Assembly (NCBI GenBank): GCA_046160805.1
Contig: JBJXHF010000057.1
Span: forward strand, 43,432-107,431
Source of the DNA: Pyrinomonadaceae bacterium
GTDB lineage: Bacteria > Acidobacteriota > Blastocatellia > Pyrinomonadales > Pyrinomonadaceae
Reading direction: 5' to 3'
DNA length: 64,000 nucleotides
Positions 43,243 through 54,115 of the stretch are shown in pieces (the first letter of the stretch is position 1; each line of letters begins with the position of its first letter). Under the pieces are notes generated by a model, which was given only the letters and a program-made list of their open reading frames with translations, did not search any database and was not told where the DNA came from. The position numbers and the translations under genes were made by a program.

Positions 43243-44430
43243 ATGAAAAGGAAGGCTTTGGTCTTTTTGGTTATCGTGTTGGCATTCGCGGGCGGTGTGT
43301 TTGCTCAGGGTGTCGATGCCGAACGGACGGCGCGGTGGCGGGAGTTTAATAAGAACGGCTTTGAGAAGGTCAATTTTGCGAAGACGCGGCTCAAGAAGGC
43401 GCGGGTTGCGAAGCTTAGCGTTGAGGGCGAAGTTGACGAGCTCGCTTTGCTTCGCGGGGTTGTTTTTGGGAAACGCGGGCGTGTTTTTAAGGAGCGGTCG
43501 GTTCAGGATTATCTTGAAAAGCAGGCCTGGTATAAGCCGAATCCGAAGTTTAGGAATGCGGTTTTGACGCCTGTCGAGAGAGCAAATCTGGATTTGATAC
43601 GCATAACGGAGGCTGAGAAGCATCCGTTTGTCGAGCCGGGCGATATGCGTGTTTGGAAAGCGAAGGTTATAACGGACGACAACCTGCGTGATTATACGGG
43701 TGCGGAATTGACGATTCTGACAGCGGAGATCGAGGCGATTCATGGGAAGACGTTTAGCGAAGAATGGCTGCAGAAATATTTTGATGAGCGGTATTGGTAT
43801 AAGCGAAATACGGTTTACGATCCGGTTGTTCTGACCGAGACCGAACGCAAAAATATTGAGCGGCTGATCGCCGAGAAAGAGAAGAACCGCAAGACTGCGA
43901 TCTCGATCGGCGATATGGACAATTTTCAGACCGTGCTGCTGACTGAGGACAAGCTTGCAAGACTGAGTTTGCTTGAGCTACGCATATTGCGTGAGGAATT
44001 TTATGCGCGGCGCGGCAAGAAATTCGACGCGCCGGGCATTCGCGATTATTTTAACTGGCGCGATTGGTACAAGCCGGTGAAGAATCAAAAGGCGATCAAG
44101 CTCAATGCAATTGAGCAGAAAAATGTCGATCTTTTGGCGTCTTACGAAGCGAAAATACGCGAATGGTTCTCGACCAACCTTGTCACCGACGATACGCTCG
44201 GCTCTCTGTTTGCCGAAGACCTTCGCGTGCTCAGAAACGAGATATACGCCCGCCGCGGCCGCATCTTCAAAGACAAAACGCTGCAAAAATATTTCGAGTC
44301 GCAGTCGTGGTATAAGGCCAATCCCGAATTCCTGGACGAGCAGCTAAATGAGATCGAAACCCAAAACCTGGCAAAGATAAAAGAGGCCGAGGAAACCGCG
44401 ACCAGCAAGTTCGCGGAAGCCGAAGGCTGA
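43243..44430 (+). CDS. secreted YARHG repeat protein
   Basis: Signal peptide. Four repeats of the YARHG-type module (VFGKRGRVFKERSVQDYLEKQAWYKPNP; IHGKTFSEEWLQKYFDERYWYKRN; FYARRGKKFDAPGIRDYFNWRDWYKP; IYARRGRIFKDKTLQKYFESQSWYKANP). Confidence 0.85.
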   Translation: MKRKALVFLVIVLAFAGGVFAQGVDAERTARWREFNKNGFEKVNFAKTRLKKARVAKLSVEGEVDELALLRGVVFGKRGRVFKERSVQDYLEKQAWYKPNPKFRNAVLTPVERANLDLIRITEAEKHPFVEPGDMRVWKAKVITDDNLRDYTGAELTILTAEIEAIHGKTFSEEWLQKYFDERYWYKRNTVYDPVVLTETERKNIERLIAEKEKNRKTAISIGDMDNFQTVLLTEDKLARLSLLELRILREEFYARRGKKFDAPGIRDYFNWRDWYKPVKNQKAIKLNAIEQKNVDLLASYEAKIREWFSTNLVTDDTLGSLFAEDLRVLRNEIYARRGRIFKDKTLQKYFESQSWYKANPEFLDEQLNEIETQNLAKIKEAEETATSKFAEAEG

Positions 44431-44487
44431 TAAGGCCAAGCCTCGGTTCCGCGTGACGGAGCCTTCGAAAGTTTTAATTTTACCTAA

Positions 44488-44520
44488 AAGCTAACAGCTG
44501 TTAGCTGACAGCTATCAGCT
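44488..44520. repeat. Family-5 palindromic repeat (AGCTAACAGCTGTTAGCT words)
   Basis: agctaacagctgttagct is a perfect 18-bp palindrome, followed by the related gacagctatcagct. Confidence 0.8.
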
Positions 44521-44551
44521 ACTTGCTACTCGTGTCGCCGTAATTATTCTT

Positions 44552-46852
44552 ATGAAAAAAACGCTTATCGCCGCGACGTTTATTCTTATTTGCGTCTCTC
44601 TTGCCCATGCTCAACTCACAACGGAAACGCTTGTAAAGATCGTAAAAGCCGAAGACGCACGCGGTTATGATAATACGCTTGAAGATCTGCTGCGTTCACC
44701 CGATCCTAAGGTTCGTAAACGCGCGGCGCTGGCTGTGGGCCGCATCGGCGATGAGAAAGCTGTAAGCGCATTGGCCGCGTTGTTGATCGACGATAAGTCC
44801 ATTGATGTGCGCGCGATGGCCGCTTTTGCTCTCGGTGAGATCGAATCGGTCAAAGGCGCCGATGCGATTTTGAAAGTTTTGAACAATGCGACAACGCCCG
44901 CAGCCGTGCGTGCTCGCGCCGTCGAAGCAGCAGGCAAAATAGCTGCTGCAAATCCAAAATCGGCAGAATCAAAAAGTCTCAGCGAAGCGATTCTCCAAAC
45001 GTTGGATGAGCAAAACCGGCGAAACGCAAGACGCGACCGCGACACGGCGATTCTTGGATTAACTGCCGCCGCACGCTCTGCGAGTACCGATGCAAAACGG
45101 CGGCGTCCAGACGACACTGATTTTATCACGGCAGAATTCCTGAAAAGCGCGGACGCGCGAATCCGCGCCGACGCGGCGAACACACTTACACGGCTCCGCG
45201 CGGGAAACGCAAACGCGATCTTACGAAAGATTCTCACATCGGACGCGAACCCTATTGCACGCGCAAACGCAGCCAGAGCACTTGGGGCGGCGGCGGACGG
45301 TAAAGCATTTGATCAGCTTGTCAAAAGTGCGACGGAAGACGTTGATTCGCGAGTGCGCGTGTCGGCAATGTCGGCGCTTGGCAGCCTGAAGAATGCGAAG
45401 GCTGCAGACAAGCTGACAGAGCGCGGTGAAAAACTTCTCACGCTTTACAAAACGTCGAAATTTGATCATCCGGCCGAGAAAAATGAGCTGATACAAATCG
45501 TGACGATTTTGGGCAGGCTGATTCCCGATACCGCTAACGAGCGGACGGTTAAATTTCTCGATGAGCTTGTCAGGCTCGACGATGGACGCACGCCTGAGAT
45601 TTCCGTGGCGCGGATGCGGGTTAAGCCTGGCGATTTTACGATCTCGCCGACGGCGTTAAGAACATCGTGGGGTTTAAGCACAACGGCGCAGGTTGCGGGC
45701 GAGCTTGCCGCGATGTTTCCAAAAACAGCGGAAGTGCAAAAAATGCGCAGCGCGGCTCCGGCACTTCTGCGGCGAATGGCTGACAGGCTGTCAACATCTT
45801 ACACAATAGTGGCTCCGGCACGGTTTACAGAGACGGGCGAAATACTGCCTACGACTTACTCGGATGAAGACAAGAGAAATCTCCTAGCCGCTCCGTATTT
45901 TATCCGCGCTTTTGCCGCGTTTAAGACAAAAGACCTGGACGTTTTTTTGCGTATGCGGCTTGCAAATAAAGACGTATTTGTCCGCACCGCAGCGGCGGAA
46001 CTCATGGTGGAACGTCCTGCCTTAAAGGAAAATGTTGCTGCGCTGAAGAGGGCTTTTGAATATGCTCATACAACAGATAAAGAGTATAACGACGCGCGGC
46101 TTGCCATAATGGACGCCCTCTTTAAGCAAGACAAAAAGGAAGCAGCCAAAATTCTTCCGACTGCGTTGAACTCGGCCGATTACCTCACGCGAAAGAAGGC
46201 GATTGATCTGCTCTCGGACAGTGAACTGCAAAAGCAATCGCCGGACGCTGTACCGATAGTGGAAAGGGCACTTGCCAAACGCAGCAACCGCGTTTTGCCC
46301 TACACCGCTGCATACGCAACAAAGCTCGGGCAGATGATGAGCACCAAAGACGATTATCTCCGCGCGGTTTCGCGTAGAAACGGCACGGTCAAGGCAATTC
46401 TCAAAACTGAAAAGGGAACGTTTACTATTGATTTCTATCCTGAGGATGCTCCGCTGACTGTTGATAATTTTATAAAGCTCGCGAAAGAAAATTACTTCGA
46501 CGGAGTCGAGGTTCATCGCGTCGTTCCCAATTTTGTAATGCAGGACGGCGATCAGCGCGGTGACGGCAACGGCGGGCCGGGCTGGTCGATACGCTGCGAG
46601 ATAAATATGCGCCCCTATGATCGCGGCGCGGTCGGCATGGCTCTTTCGGGCAAAGACACGGGCGGTTCGCAATGGTTTGTAACACATTCTCCGCAGCCGC
46701 ATCTCGACGGCGGCTATACCGTCTTCGGCCACGTGAACGAAATCGGCATGAAAGTCGTAGATAATATCGTGCGCGGCGATAAAATTATCAGCGTGAAAAT
46801 TGTCGAGATGAATTCGCCACAGAGAGCACAGAGAACTCAGAGGAAGAAATAG
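44552..46852 (+). CDS. HEAT-repeat protein fused to a cyclophilin-type peptidyl-prolyl isomerase
   Basis: Signal-like N-terminus. Multiple HEAT/PBS-lyase-like repeats (DPKVRKRAALAVGRIGDEKAV, DVRAMAAFALGEI, DARIRADAANTL, DSRVRVSAMSALG). C-terminal cyclophilin domain (FYPEDAPLTVDNF..FDG..VHRVVPNFVMQDGD..GDGNGGPG...GAVGMA...GGSQWF). The last 12 codons lie inside the repeat at 46816-46897. Confidence 0.85.
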   Translation: MKKTLIAATFILICVSLAHAQLTTETLVKIVKAEDARGYDNTLEDLLRSPDPKVRKRAALAVGRIGDEKAVSALAALLIDDKSIDVRAMAAFALGEIESVKGADAILKVLNNATTPAAVRARAVEAAGKIAAANPKSAESKSLSEAILQTLDEQNRRNARRDRDTAILGLTAAARSASTDAKRRRPDDTDFITAEFLKSADARIRADAANTLTRLRAGNANAILRKILTSDANPIARANAARALGAAADGKAFDQLVKSATEDVDSRVRVSAMSALGSLKNAKAADKLTERGEKLLTLYKTSKFDHPAEKNELIQIVTILGRLIPDTANERTVKFLDELVRLDDGRTPEISVARMRVKPGDFTISPTALRTSWGLSTTAQVAGELAAMFPKTAEVQKMRSAAPALLRRMADRLSTSYTIVAPARFTETGEILPTTYSDEDKRNLLAAPYFIRAFAAFKTKDLDVFLRMRLANKDVFVRTAAAELMVERPALKENVAALKRAFEYAHTTDKEYNDARLAIMDALFKQDKKEAAKILPTALNSADYLTRKKAIDLLSDSELQKQSPDAVPIVERALAKRSNRVLPYTAAYATKLGQMMSTKDDYLRAVSRRNGTVKAILKTEKGTFTIDFYPEDAPLTVDNFIKLAKENYFDGVEVHRVVPNFVMQDGDQRGDGNGGPGWSIRCEINMRPYDRGAVGMALSGKDTGGSQWFVTHSPQPHLDGGYTVFGHVNEIGMKVVDNIVRGDKIISVKIVEMNSPQRAQRTQRKK

Positions 46853-46897
46853 AATTATTTATCTCTCGGTGCGCTCTGTGTTCTCTGTGGCAAAAAA
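46816..46897. repeat. Family-2 palindromic repeat (CCACAGAGAGCACAGAGAAC arms)
   Basis: ccacagagagcacagagaactcagagg / ctctcggtgcgctctgtgttctctgtgg form an imperfect inverted repeat. Related copies at 38131-38169 and 50438-50508. Confidence 0.9.
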
Positions 46898-46905
46898 TCT
46901 TGCAT

Positions 46906-47394
46906 ATGGCCGACCTGCAAAAACAAAAACAGATTGAGGTCGAACAAGGGCTCGATAATCTTGCGTTTTATCTTGATGGGCTGTTTCGTGTGCCCGGAAC
47001 GAGTTGGCGGTTTGGGCTTGATGCTGTGGTCGGGCTGGTCCCGAACGTGGGCGATGTGCTGACGATGTTTCCGTCGTTTTATATTTTGCTCGCGGGCGTG
47101 CGTTACGGCGTGCCGAAGATCACGCTGCTGCGGATGGCTTTCAATATCGGGTTGGATTATGTTGTCGGCGTGATTCCGTTTGTCGGCGATGCGTTCGACT
47201 TTGTTTGGAAATCAAACCGACAAAATTTAGAACTCATCCGCACGCGAGCAACCGGACAAACCGGAACACGCGCCGACTACTTGTTCGTTTTCGGAATAAT
47301 GGGGTTTTTAGTGTTGCTGCTTGCGGCGACGATCTTCGTTAGCGTCTATGTGATCTGGGCGATTTTGTGGGAGCTATTCACGGGTAATATTTAA
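46906..47394 (+). CDS. DUF4112 domain membrane protein
   Basis: LDGLFRVPGTSWRFGLDAVVGLVPNVGDVL and LDYVVGVIPFVGDAFDFVWKSN match DUF4112. Confidence 0.85.
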   Translation: MADLQKQKQIEVEQGLDNLAFYLDGLFRVPGTSWRFGLDAVVGLVPNVGDVLTMFPSFYILLAGVRYGVPKITLLRMAFNIGLDYVVGVIPFVGDAFDFVWKSNRQNLELIRTRATGQTGTRADYLFVFGIMGFLVLLLAATIFVSVYVIWAILWELFTGNI

Positions 47395-47397
47395 TGC

Positions 47398-47468
47398 AAA
47401 AGCCCACATGAGTAAGGGCGGTACACACAACGTTGAGTGTACCGCCCTTACTAACGTGCGGGCTTGTG
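47398..47468. repeat. long hairpin repeat between convergent genes (bidirectional terminator-like)
   Basis: agcccaca-tgagtaagggcggtacac / gtgtaccgcccttacta-acgtgcgggct. A partial related copy lies at 49794-49835. Confidence 0.85.
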
Positions 47469-47483
47469 CAATATAACAAAATC

Positions 47484-49736
<2,253 letters not shown>

Positions 49737-49841
49737 TTACCTTATTAATTTTGAATTTTGTTGGTTTCGTCAGCGTTGTCTGTAGGCTGCGTTGAGCCCT
49801 TACTTACGTGCGGGCTACGGACACCGGGCTACGGACAGCGT

Positions 49842-50417
49842 TTATAAAGTTTTCTGGCCCGGCTTCCAATCGGCCGGGCAAAAACCGCCTGTTTGCAGAG
49901 CCTGCAATACACGCAGAGTCTCGTCAACCGATCGTCCGATAGCCGGTGTGTTGACCAATGCGTGCTGCAAAACGCCTTCGGGATCAATGATGAAGAGGCC
50001 GCGAAGCGCGATGTTGGCTTCGTCTATAAGGATGTTGTATTGACGCGCAAGTTTGCCGCCCGCGTCGGATGCGATCGGGTACTTGATCTCGCCGAGCCCG
50101 TTACTTTCCTTCGGCATGCGGAGCCACGCCCGATGCGAGTGGACAGAATCGGTCGAGACGCCGAGAACGTCGGCTCCGAGGCCTTTGATCTCGTCGAACC
50201 TGTCCGAAAAATGCGTCAAATCTGTCGAGCAAACGCCCGTAAAATCGAGCGGGTAAAAAAGCATAATCAGCCATTTGCCCTTGTAGTCGGAGAGCTTAAC
50301 GTTCTCCTTCAACGTTTCGATGTCCTTTGTCGAAGGCATGTTAAAATCCGGTGCCGGCTGGCCGACCTTTGCAAATGGGGCCGTCATTTCCGTAGCAGTT
50401 CCTGTAGCTGTTGACAT
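49842..50417 (-). CDS. ahpC: 2-Cys peroxiredoxin (AhpC/Prx1 type)
   Basis: FYPLDFTGVCSTD (peroxidatic Cys) and C-terminal GGFCPADWKPG (resolving Cys). The longer ORF start at 50474 runs into a repeat, so the ATG at 50417 is preferred. Confidence 0.9.
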   Translation of the reverse strand: MSTATGTATEMTAPFAKVGQPAPDFNMPSTKDIETLKENVKLSDYKGKWLIMLFYPLDFTGVCSTDLTHFSDRFDEIKGLGADVLGVSTDSVHSHRAWLRMPKESNGLGEIKYPIASDAGGKLARQYNILIDEANIALRGLFIIDPEGVLQHALVNTPAIGRSVDETLRVLQALQTGGFCPADWKPGQKTL

Positions 50418-50437
50418 TTTTTTTTCTCCTTTTATTT

Positions 50438-50508
50438 TCACCACAAAGACACAAAGAACACAAAGATAATGCAAGAAGAACTTCTTTATGCCCTTCGTGT
50501 CTTTGTGG
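50438..50508. repeat. Family-2 variant palindromic repeat (CCACAAAGACACAAAGAACACAAAG arms)
   Basis: The left arm caccacaaagacacaaagaacacaaag and the partial right arm cgtgtctttgtgg lie between perR and ahpC. Confidence 0.8.
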
Positions 50509-50913
50509 TTAATCTTCTTTGCAGTCAGGGCAGATGCCCTTCAAAGTAAACTCCAATGACTTAAACTTGAATTTTGACGCTTTGACCGCGCGTTTGACAA
50601 GCTTCGGCGAGTGTTTGATCTCGATATCCACGAGCGCGTCGCACTTTACGCAAATAGCGTGATCGTGTCGAGAGGTCATTCGATCGAACCGGCTCGCGCC
50701 GTTGCCAAAATGCACCTCCGCGATATGGCCCGCGTTTTTCAAAAAACGCAGGCTGTTATAAACCGTCGCAAAACTGATGCTCGGCAGCAACGCTTTTGCC
50801 TGCGCAAAAACTTCGTTCGCCGTCAGATGGTCCTCGGCCACACGGATAACCTTCAAAACGACTGCTCGCTGCTTAGTCAGTCCTAAATCCTGGATACCAG
50901 TGGAAGCCTTCAT
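50509..50913 (-). CDS. perR: Fur family transcriptional regulator, PerR-like by context
   Basis: 134 aa. Winged-helix (ATVYNSLRFL), HDH motif (SRHDHAICVKCD) and a C-terminal CPDC zinc site. Located directly upstream of ahpC-katG. Confidence 0.8.
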   Translation of the reverse strand: MKASTGIQDLGLTKQRAVVLKVIRVAEDHLTANEVFAQAKALLPSISFATVYNSLRFLKNAGHIAEVHFGNGASRFDRMTSRHDHAICVKCDALVDIEIKHSPKLVKRAVKASKFKFKSLEFTLKGICPDCKED

Positions 50914-50927
50914 AAAATAATCTGTAG

Positions 50928-50942
50928 TTAGAATAATTCTAA
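50928..50942. promoter_or_regulatory. perfect 7-1-7 Fur/PerR-box-like palindrome
   Basis: TTAGAAT-A-ATTCTAA lies 15-29 bp upstream of the perR ATG. Compare the PerR box TTATAATNATTATAA. Confidence 0.65.
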
Positions 50943-51002
50943 TTATAGATTATGTCAAAAGGACGGCTACAGTTTTATGCGTTTGGTCTGACGAAAGTCT
51001 AT

Positions 51003-51323
51003 TTATCCTATTTCTTCGCCTTTGGCCTTAAGAGTTCGGCGCCAAAGTTCTCGGTATGAGGTGAAGCGTGAAACGAGCGTGTTGAAATAATAGCGTTGAG
51101 CGTAATTGAGGTTGCGGTTGTCGGAGATGCGTTTTATGTAGGACTCGAGCCTTGCTCGCGCTTCGAGCGGCGGACGTTTTGTGGCGCCGTTGAAAAAGAT
51201 GTCGAAATCTATTTTCAACTTGCGGATATCATCTTCCATGCGGGAAAGCTGCTGATCGATCTCAAGCGCCTCGTCCTGCTTAGATTGGGTATTTCTGTAT
51301 AATTTATTTCCTATGAGTGCCAT
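51003..51323 (-). CDS. hypothetical coiled-coil protein
   Basis: The ORF extends to 51458 but would then overlap the divergent selA, so the start is tentatively placed at the Met at 51323. No domain recognised. Confidence 0.4.
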   Translation of the reverse strand: MALIGNKLYRNTQSKQDEALEIDQQLSRMEDDIRKLKIDFDIFFNGATKRPPLEARARLESYIKRISDNRNLNYAQRYYFNTLVSRFTSYRELWRRTLKAKGEEIG

Positions 51324-51433
51324 TTGATGAGAATTGGAGTGAGAAATCAGGCGCAGGTATGGCCTATTTAAAAAGACGGCTAACGGGTATCTATTTCCAC
51401 GTTTTTGATCGAATTTTCGGTTAAAATATTCGC

Positions 51434-52858
51434 ATGCCATCTGCCAAAACTGAAACATCGAATTCGATGCTTAGAAATTTGCCGTCCGTTGACGAGTTAC
51501 TGCGTTCGAGGACTGCACAAGAAATCACATCGGCTGCCGGCGAACGGCACGCCGCAGAGCTTTGTCGAAGTGTGATTGATCAACTCCGTCAGCAGATCGG
51601 AAAGAACGCTGGCAAAAACCAAACAAAGGAAAGTATTGCAAAACTCGCGGAAAACCGTCTGGAAAGCGTGAGGCGCGTTGAGACAATGGGCGGCACTCAT
51701 AAAGTGATTAATGCAACCGGCGTAGTGATTCACACGAACCTTGGCAGAGCGCCTTTGTCGGAAAACGCACGGCGGGCGGTTTTCGAAGAGGCGTCCGGCT
51801 ATTGCACTCTCGAATACGACCTTTTGACCGGAAAGCGTGGTGCGCGCGGGGCGCGAGCCGAGAGTTTGCTTGCCGAGCTGACCGGAGCGGAAGATGTGTT
51901 GATCGTCAACAATTGCGCCGCGGCGGCATTTTTTGTGCTGACGGTTTTTGCGTCGGGCGGCGAGGTTGTCATCTCGCGCGGCGAGCTTGTCGAGATCGGC
52001 GGCGATTTTCGCGTTCCGGATGTGTTGTCGCAGTCAGGAGCTGCTCTTCGCGAGGTCGGAACGACCAACCGGACGAAACTCGCCGATTACGAGAAAGCGA
52101 TAAACGCTAAAACCAGGCTTTTACTTCGCGTCCATACGTCGAATTACAGGATCGTAGGCTTTACGGCAATGCCGTCGCTTCCTGAGCTTGCAGGACTCGC
52201 TCACGCACACGATCTCTTGCTTTACGAAGATCTCGGCTCAGGCGCGTTGATCGACATGAGCCGCTTTGGACTGAATGACGAGCCTGTTGTCAAAAGATCC
52301 ATAGTTGACGGTGCTGACATCGTCACATTCAGCGGCGACAAACTGCTCGGCGGGCCGCAGGCCGGGATAATTGCCGGAAAGAAAGAGTTTATCGACCGCC
52401 TGCGAAAGCATCCGCTTTATCGCGCAATGAGAGTTGATAAACTTGCGTATTCCGCGCTGGAAGCGACTCTAGACTCGTATCGCCGCGATGCGACACATGA
52501 GATTCCAGTACTGCAAATGTTGTCAATGGGCAAAAATGAGATCGCAGAGCGCGTCGAGCGGTTAGCAAAGCGGCTCGAAGAAAAACTCAAAGGAATCTCA
52601 AATTTGAAATTTGAAATTTCAGATGGAGTATCGGCTGTTGGGGGCGGCGCGGCTCCCGCAATCGAGCCGGAAACAAAACTTCTCGCACTGTCTCACCAAA
52701 ATATTAAGACGCCGAGGCTCGAACAGTTGCTCAGAAATTCCGATCCGCCGGTTATTACGCGCATCATGGACGACCGCGTGATGATAGATTTGCGGACGGT
52801 TTCGGAAGCGGAAGAAACTGAATTGATGAACGCCCTGTGCGACCTTGAAATGTCTTAG
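51434..52858 (+). CDS. selA: L-seryl-tRNA(Sec) selenium transferase
   Basis: 474 aa. VINATGVVIHTNLGRAPL and the PLP-lysine region FSGDKLLGGPQAGII are SelA signatures. The start may be the Met at 51467. Confidence 0.92.
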   Translation: MPSAKTETSNSMLRNLPSVDELLRSRTAQEITSAAGERHAAELCRSVIDQLRQQIGKNAGKNQTKESIAKLAENRLESVRRVETMGGTHKVINATGVVIHTNLGRAPLSENARRAVFEEASGYCTLEYDLLTGKRGARGARAESLLAELTGAEDVLIVNNCAAAAFFVLTVFASGGEVVISRGELVEIGGDFRVPDVLSQSGAALREVGTTNRTKLADYEKAINAKTRLLLRVHTSNYRIVGFTAMPSLPELAGLAHAHDLLLYEDLGSGALIDMSRFGLNDEPVVKRSIVDGADIVTFSGDKLLGGPQAGIIAGKKEFIDRLRKHPLYRAMRVDKLAYSALEATLDSYRRDATHEIPVLQMLSMGKNEIAERVERLAKRLEEKLKGISNLKFEISDGVSAVGGGAAPAIEPETKLLALSHQNIKTPRLEQLLRNSDPPVITRIMDDRVMIDLRTVSEAEETELMNALCDLEMS

Positions 52859-53943
52859 CCGTTCCTGCGGGCGAAATCTTGCATAAAATCGACAAGTGCC
52901 GTAACTCCTTCGCGCGGGAAAGCGTTGTAGATAGAAGCCCTGATGCCGCCGACCGCGCGGTGGCCTTTTAGGCCATCGAGGTTGAGTGCGGTTGCTTCGG
53001 TGCAGAATTGCTTTTCGAGTTCCTCGGACGGCAGGCGAAATGTTACGTTCATGAGCGAGCGCGCCGAGCGGTCCGCATGACCGGAATAATAACCGTCGCT
53101 CGCGTCGATTGCATTGTAGAGAATTGCAGCTTTTTCCTCGTTTTTAGTTTCCATGGCTTTCAATCCGCCTTGTTCTCGGAGCCATTCACACACCAAGCTT
53201 ATGAGATAAATGCCCCACGTGTTCGGCGTGTTCAGCATCGAATCGTTCTCGGCGATCAGACGGTAATCGAGAATCGAATGTTGATTCTCCGGCACAGCGG
53301 CCAAAAGGTCGTCGCGAATAATGACAACGGTGACGCCGCTTGGGCCGATATTTTTCTGGGCACCGGCGTAGATGAGCGCATATTTTTCTATGTCAAGCGC
53401 TTTTGACAGGATGTTCGACGACGCATCACACACGACGGGAATACCGCTGCCGTCAAGCTCGTATTTAAACTCGACGCCTTCGATGGTTTCGTTCGATGTG
53501 TAATGGATATATTTGGCGTTCGGGCTAAAATTTAATTCCTCCTGCTCTGGCACGGATTTGAAGCCTTCGTCTGCGGTCGAGAAGATTGTTACAGCGTTTC
53601 CACAGCGTTTGGCTTCTTTTAGGGCTTTCTTGCCCCATGCTCCGGTGATGATGTAGTCCGCAGTCTCACTCGCACCGAGAAAATTCATCGGTATCATCGA
53701 AAACTGCTGTGTCGCGCCGCCTTGCAGGAACAAGATCTTGTAATTGTTCGGCACGTTTAGCAGCTCGCGCAGGCCGTTTTCCGCCGCTGCCAGAATCGGA
53801 GCGAATTGTTTAGATCGGTGGCTGATCTCCATCACGCTCATGCCGATGCCGTTGAGTGAAAGTATTTCACTCTGTGCTTTTTCCAAAACCTCGGCCGGCA
53901 TAACGGCCGGGCCGGCGCTGAAATTGTAAACTTTTTGTGTCAT
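52855..53943 (-). CDS. serC: phosphoserine aminotransferase
   Basis: VYNFSAGPAVMPAEVL..., GGATQQF, and AGAQKNIGPSGVT (PLP lysine). The start is taken at MTQKVYNF. The stop codons of selA and serC overlap (52855-52858). Confidence 0.93.
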   Translation of the reverse strand: MTQKVYNFSAGPAVMPAEVLEKAQSEILSLNGIGMSVMEISHRSKQFAPILAAAENGLRELLNVPNNYKILFLQGGATQQFSMIPMNFLGASETADYIITGAWGKKALKEAKRCGNAVTIFSTADEGFKSVPEQEELNFSPNAKYIHYTSNETIEGVEFKYELDGSGIPVVCDASSNILSKALDIEKYALIYAGAQKNIGPSGVTVVIIRDDLLAAVPENQHSILDYRLIAENDSMLNTPNTWGIYLISLVCEWLREQGGLKAMETKNEEKAAILYNAIDASDGYYSGHADRSARSLMNVTFRLPSEELEKQFCTEATALNLDGLKGHRAVGGIRASIYNAFPREGVTALVDFMQDFARRNG

Positions 53944-54115
53944 TTTTATTTGATCTGCGGTAAAAATCGAAAAGATAAGATAGCACAGATTCGTCAGCAA
54001 TTCTAATTTTAAGCCGCGTTGGGTTAGAATATTTCAAAGGACAAACTCTTTTAAGCGGTTCGGCATCATACGAAGCGCCGGTTTTTAGCCGCCAAAATAC
54101 ACTCGGAGGAATTCA

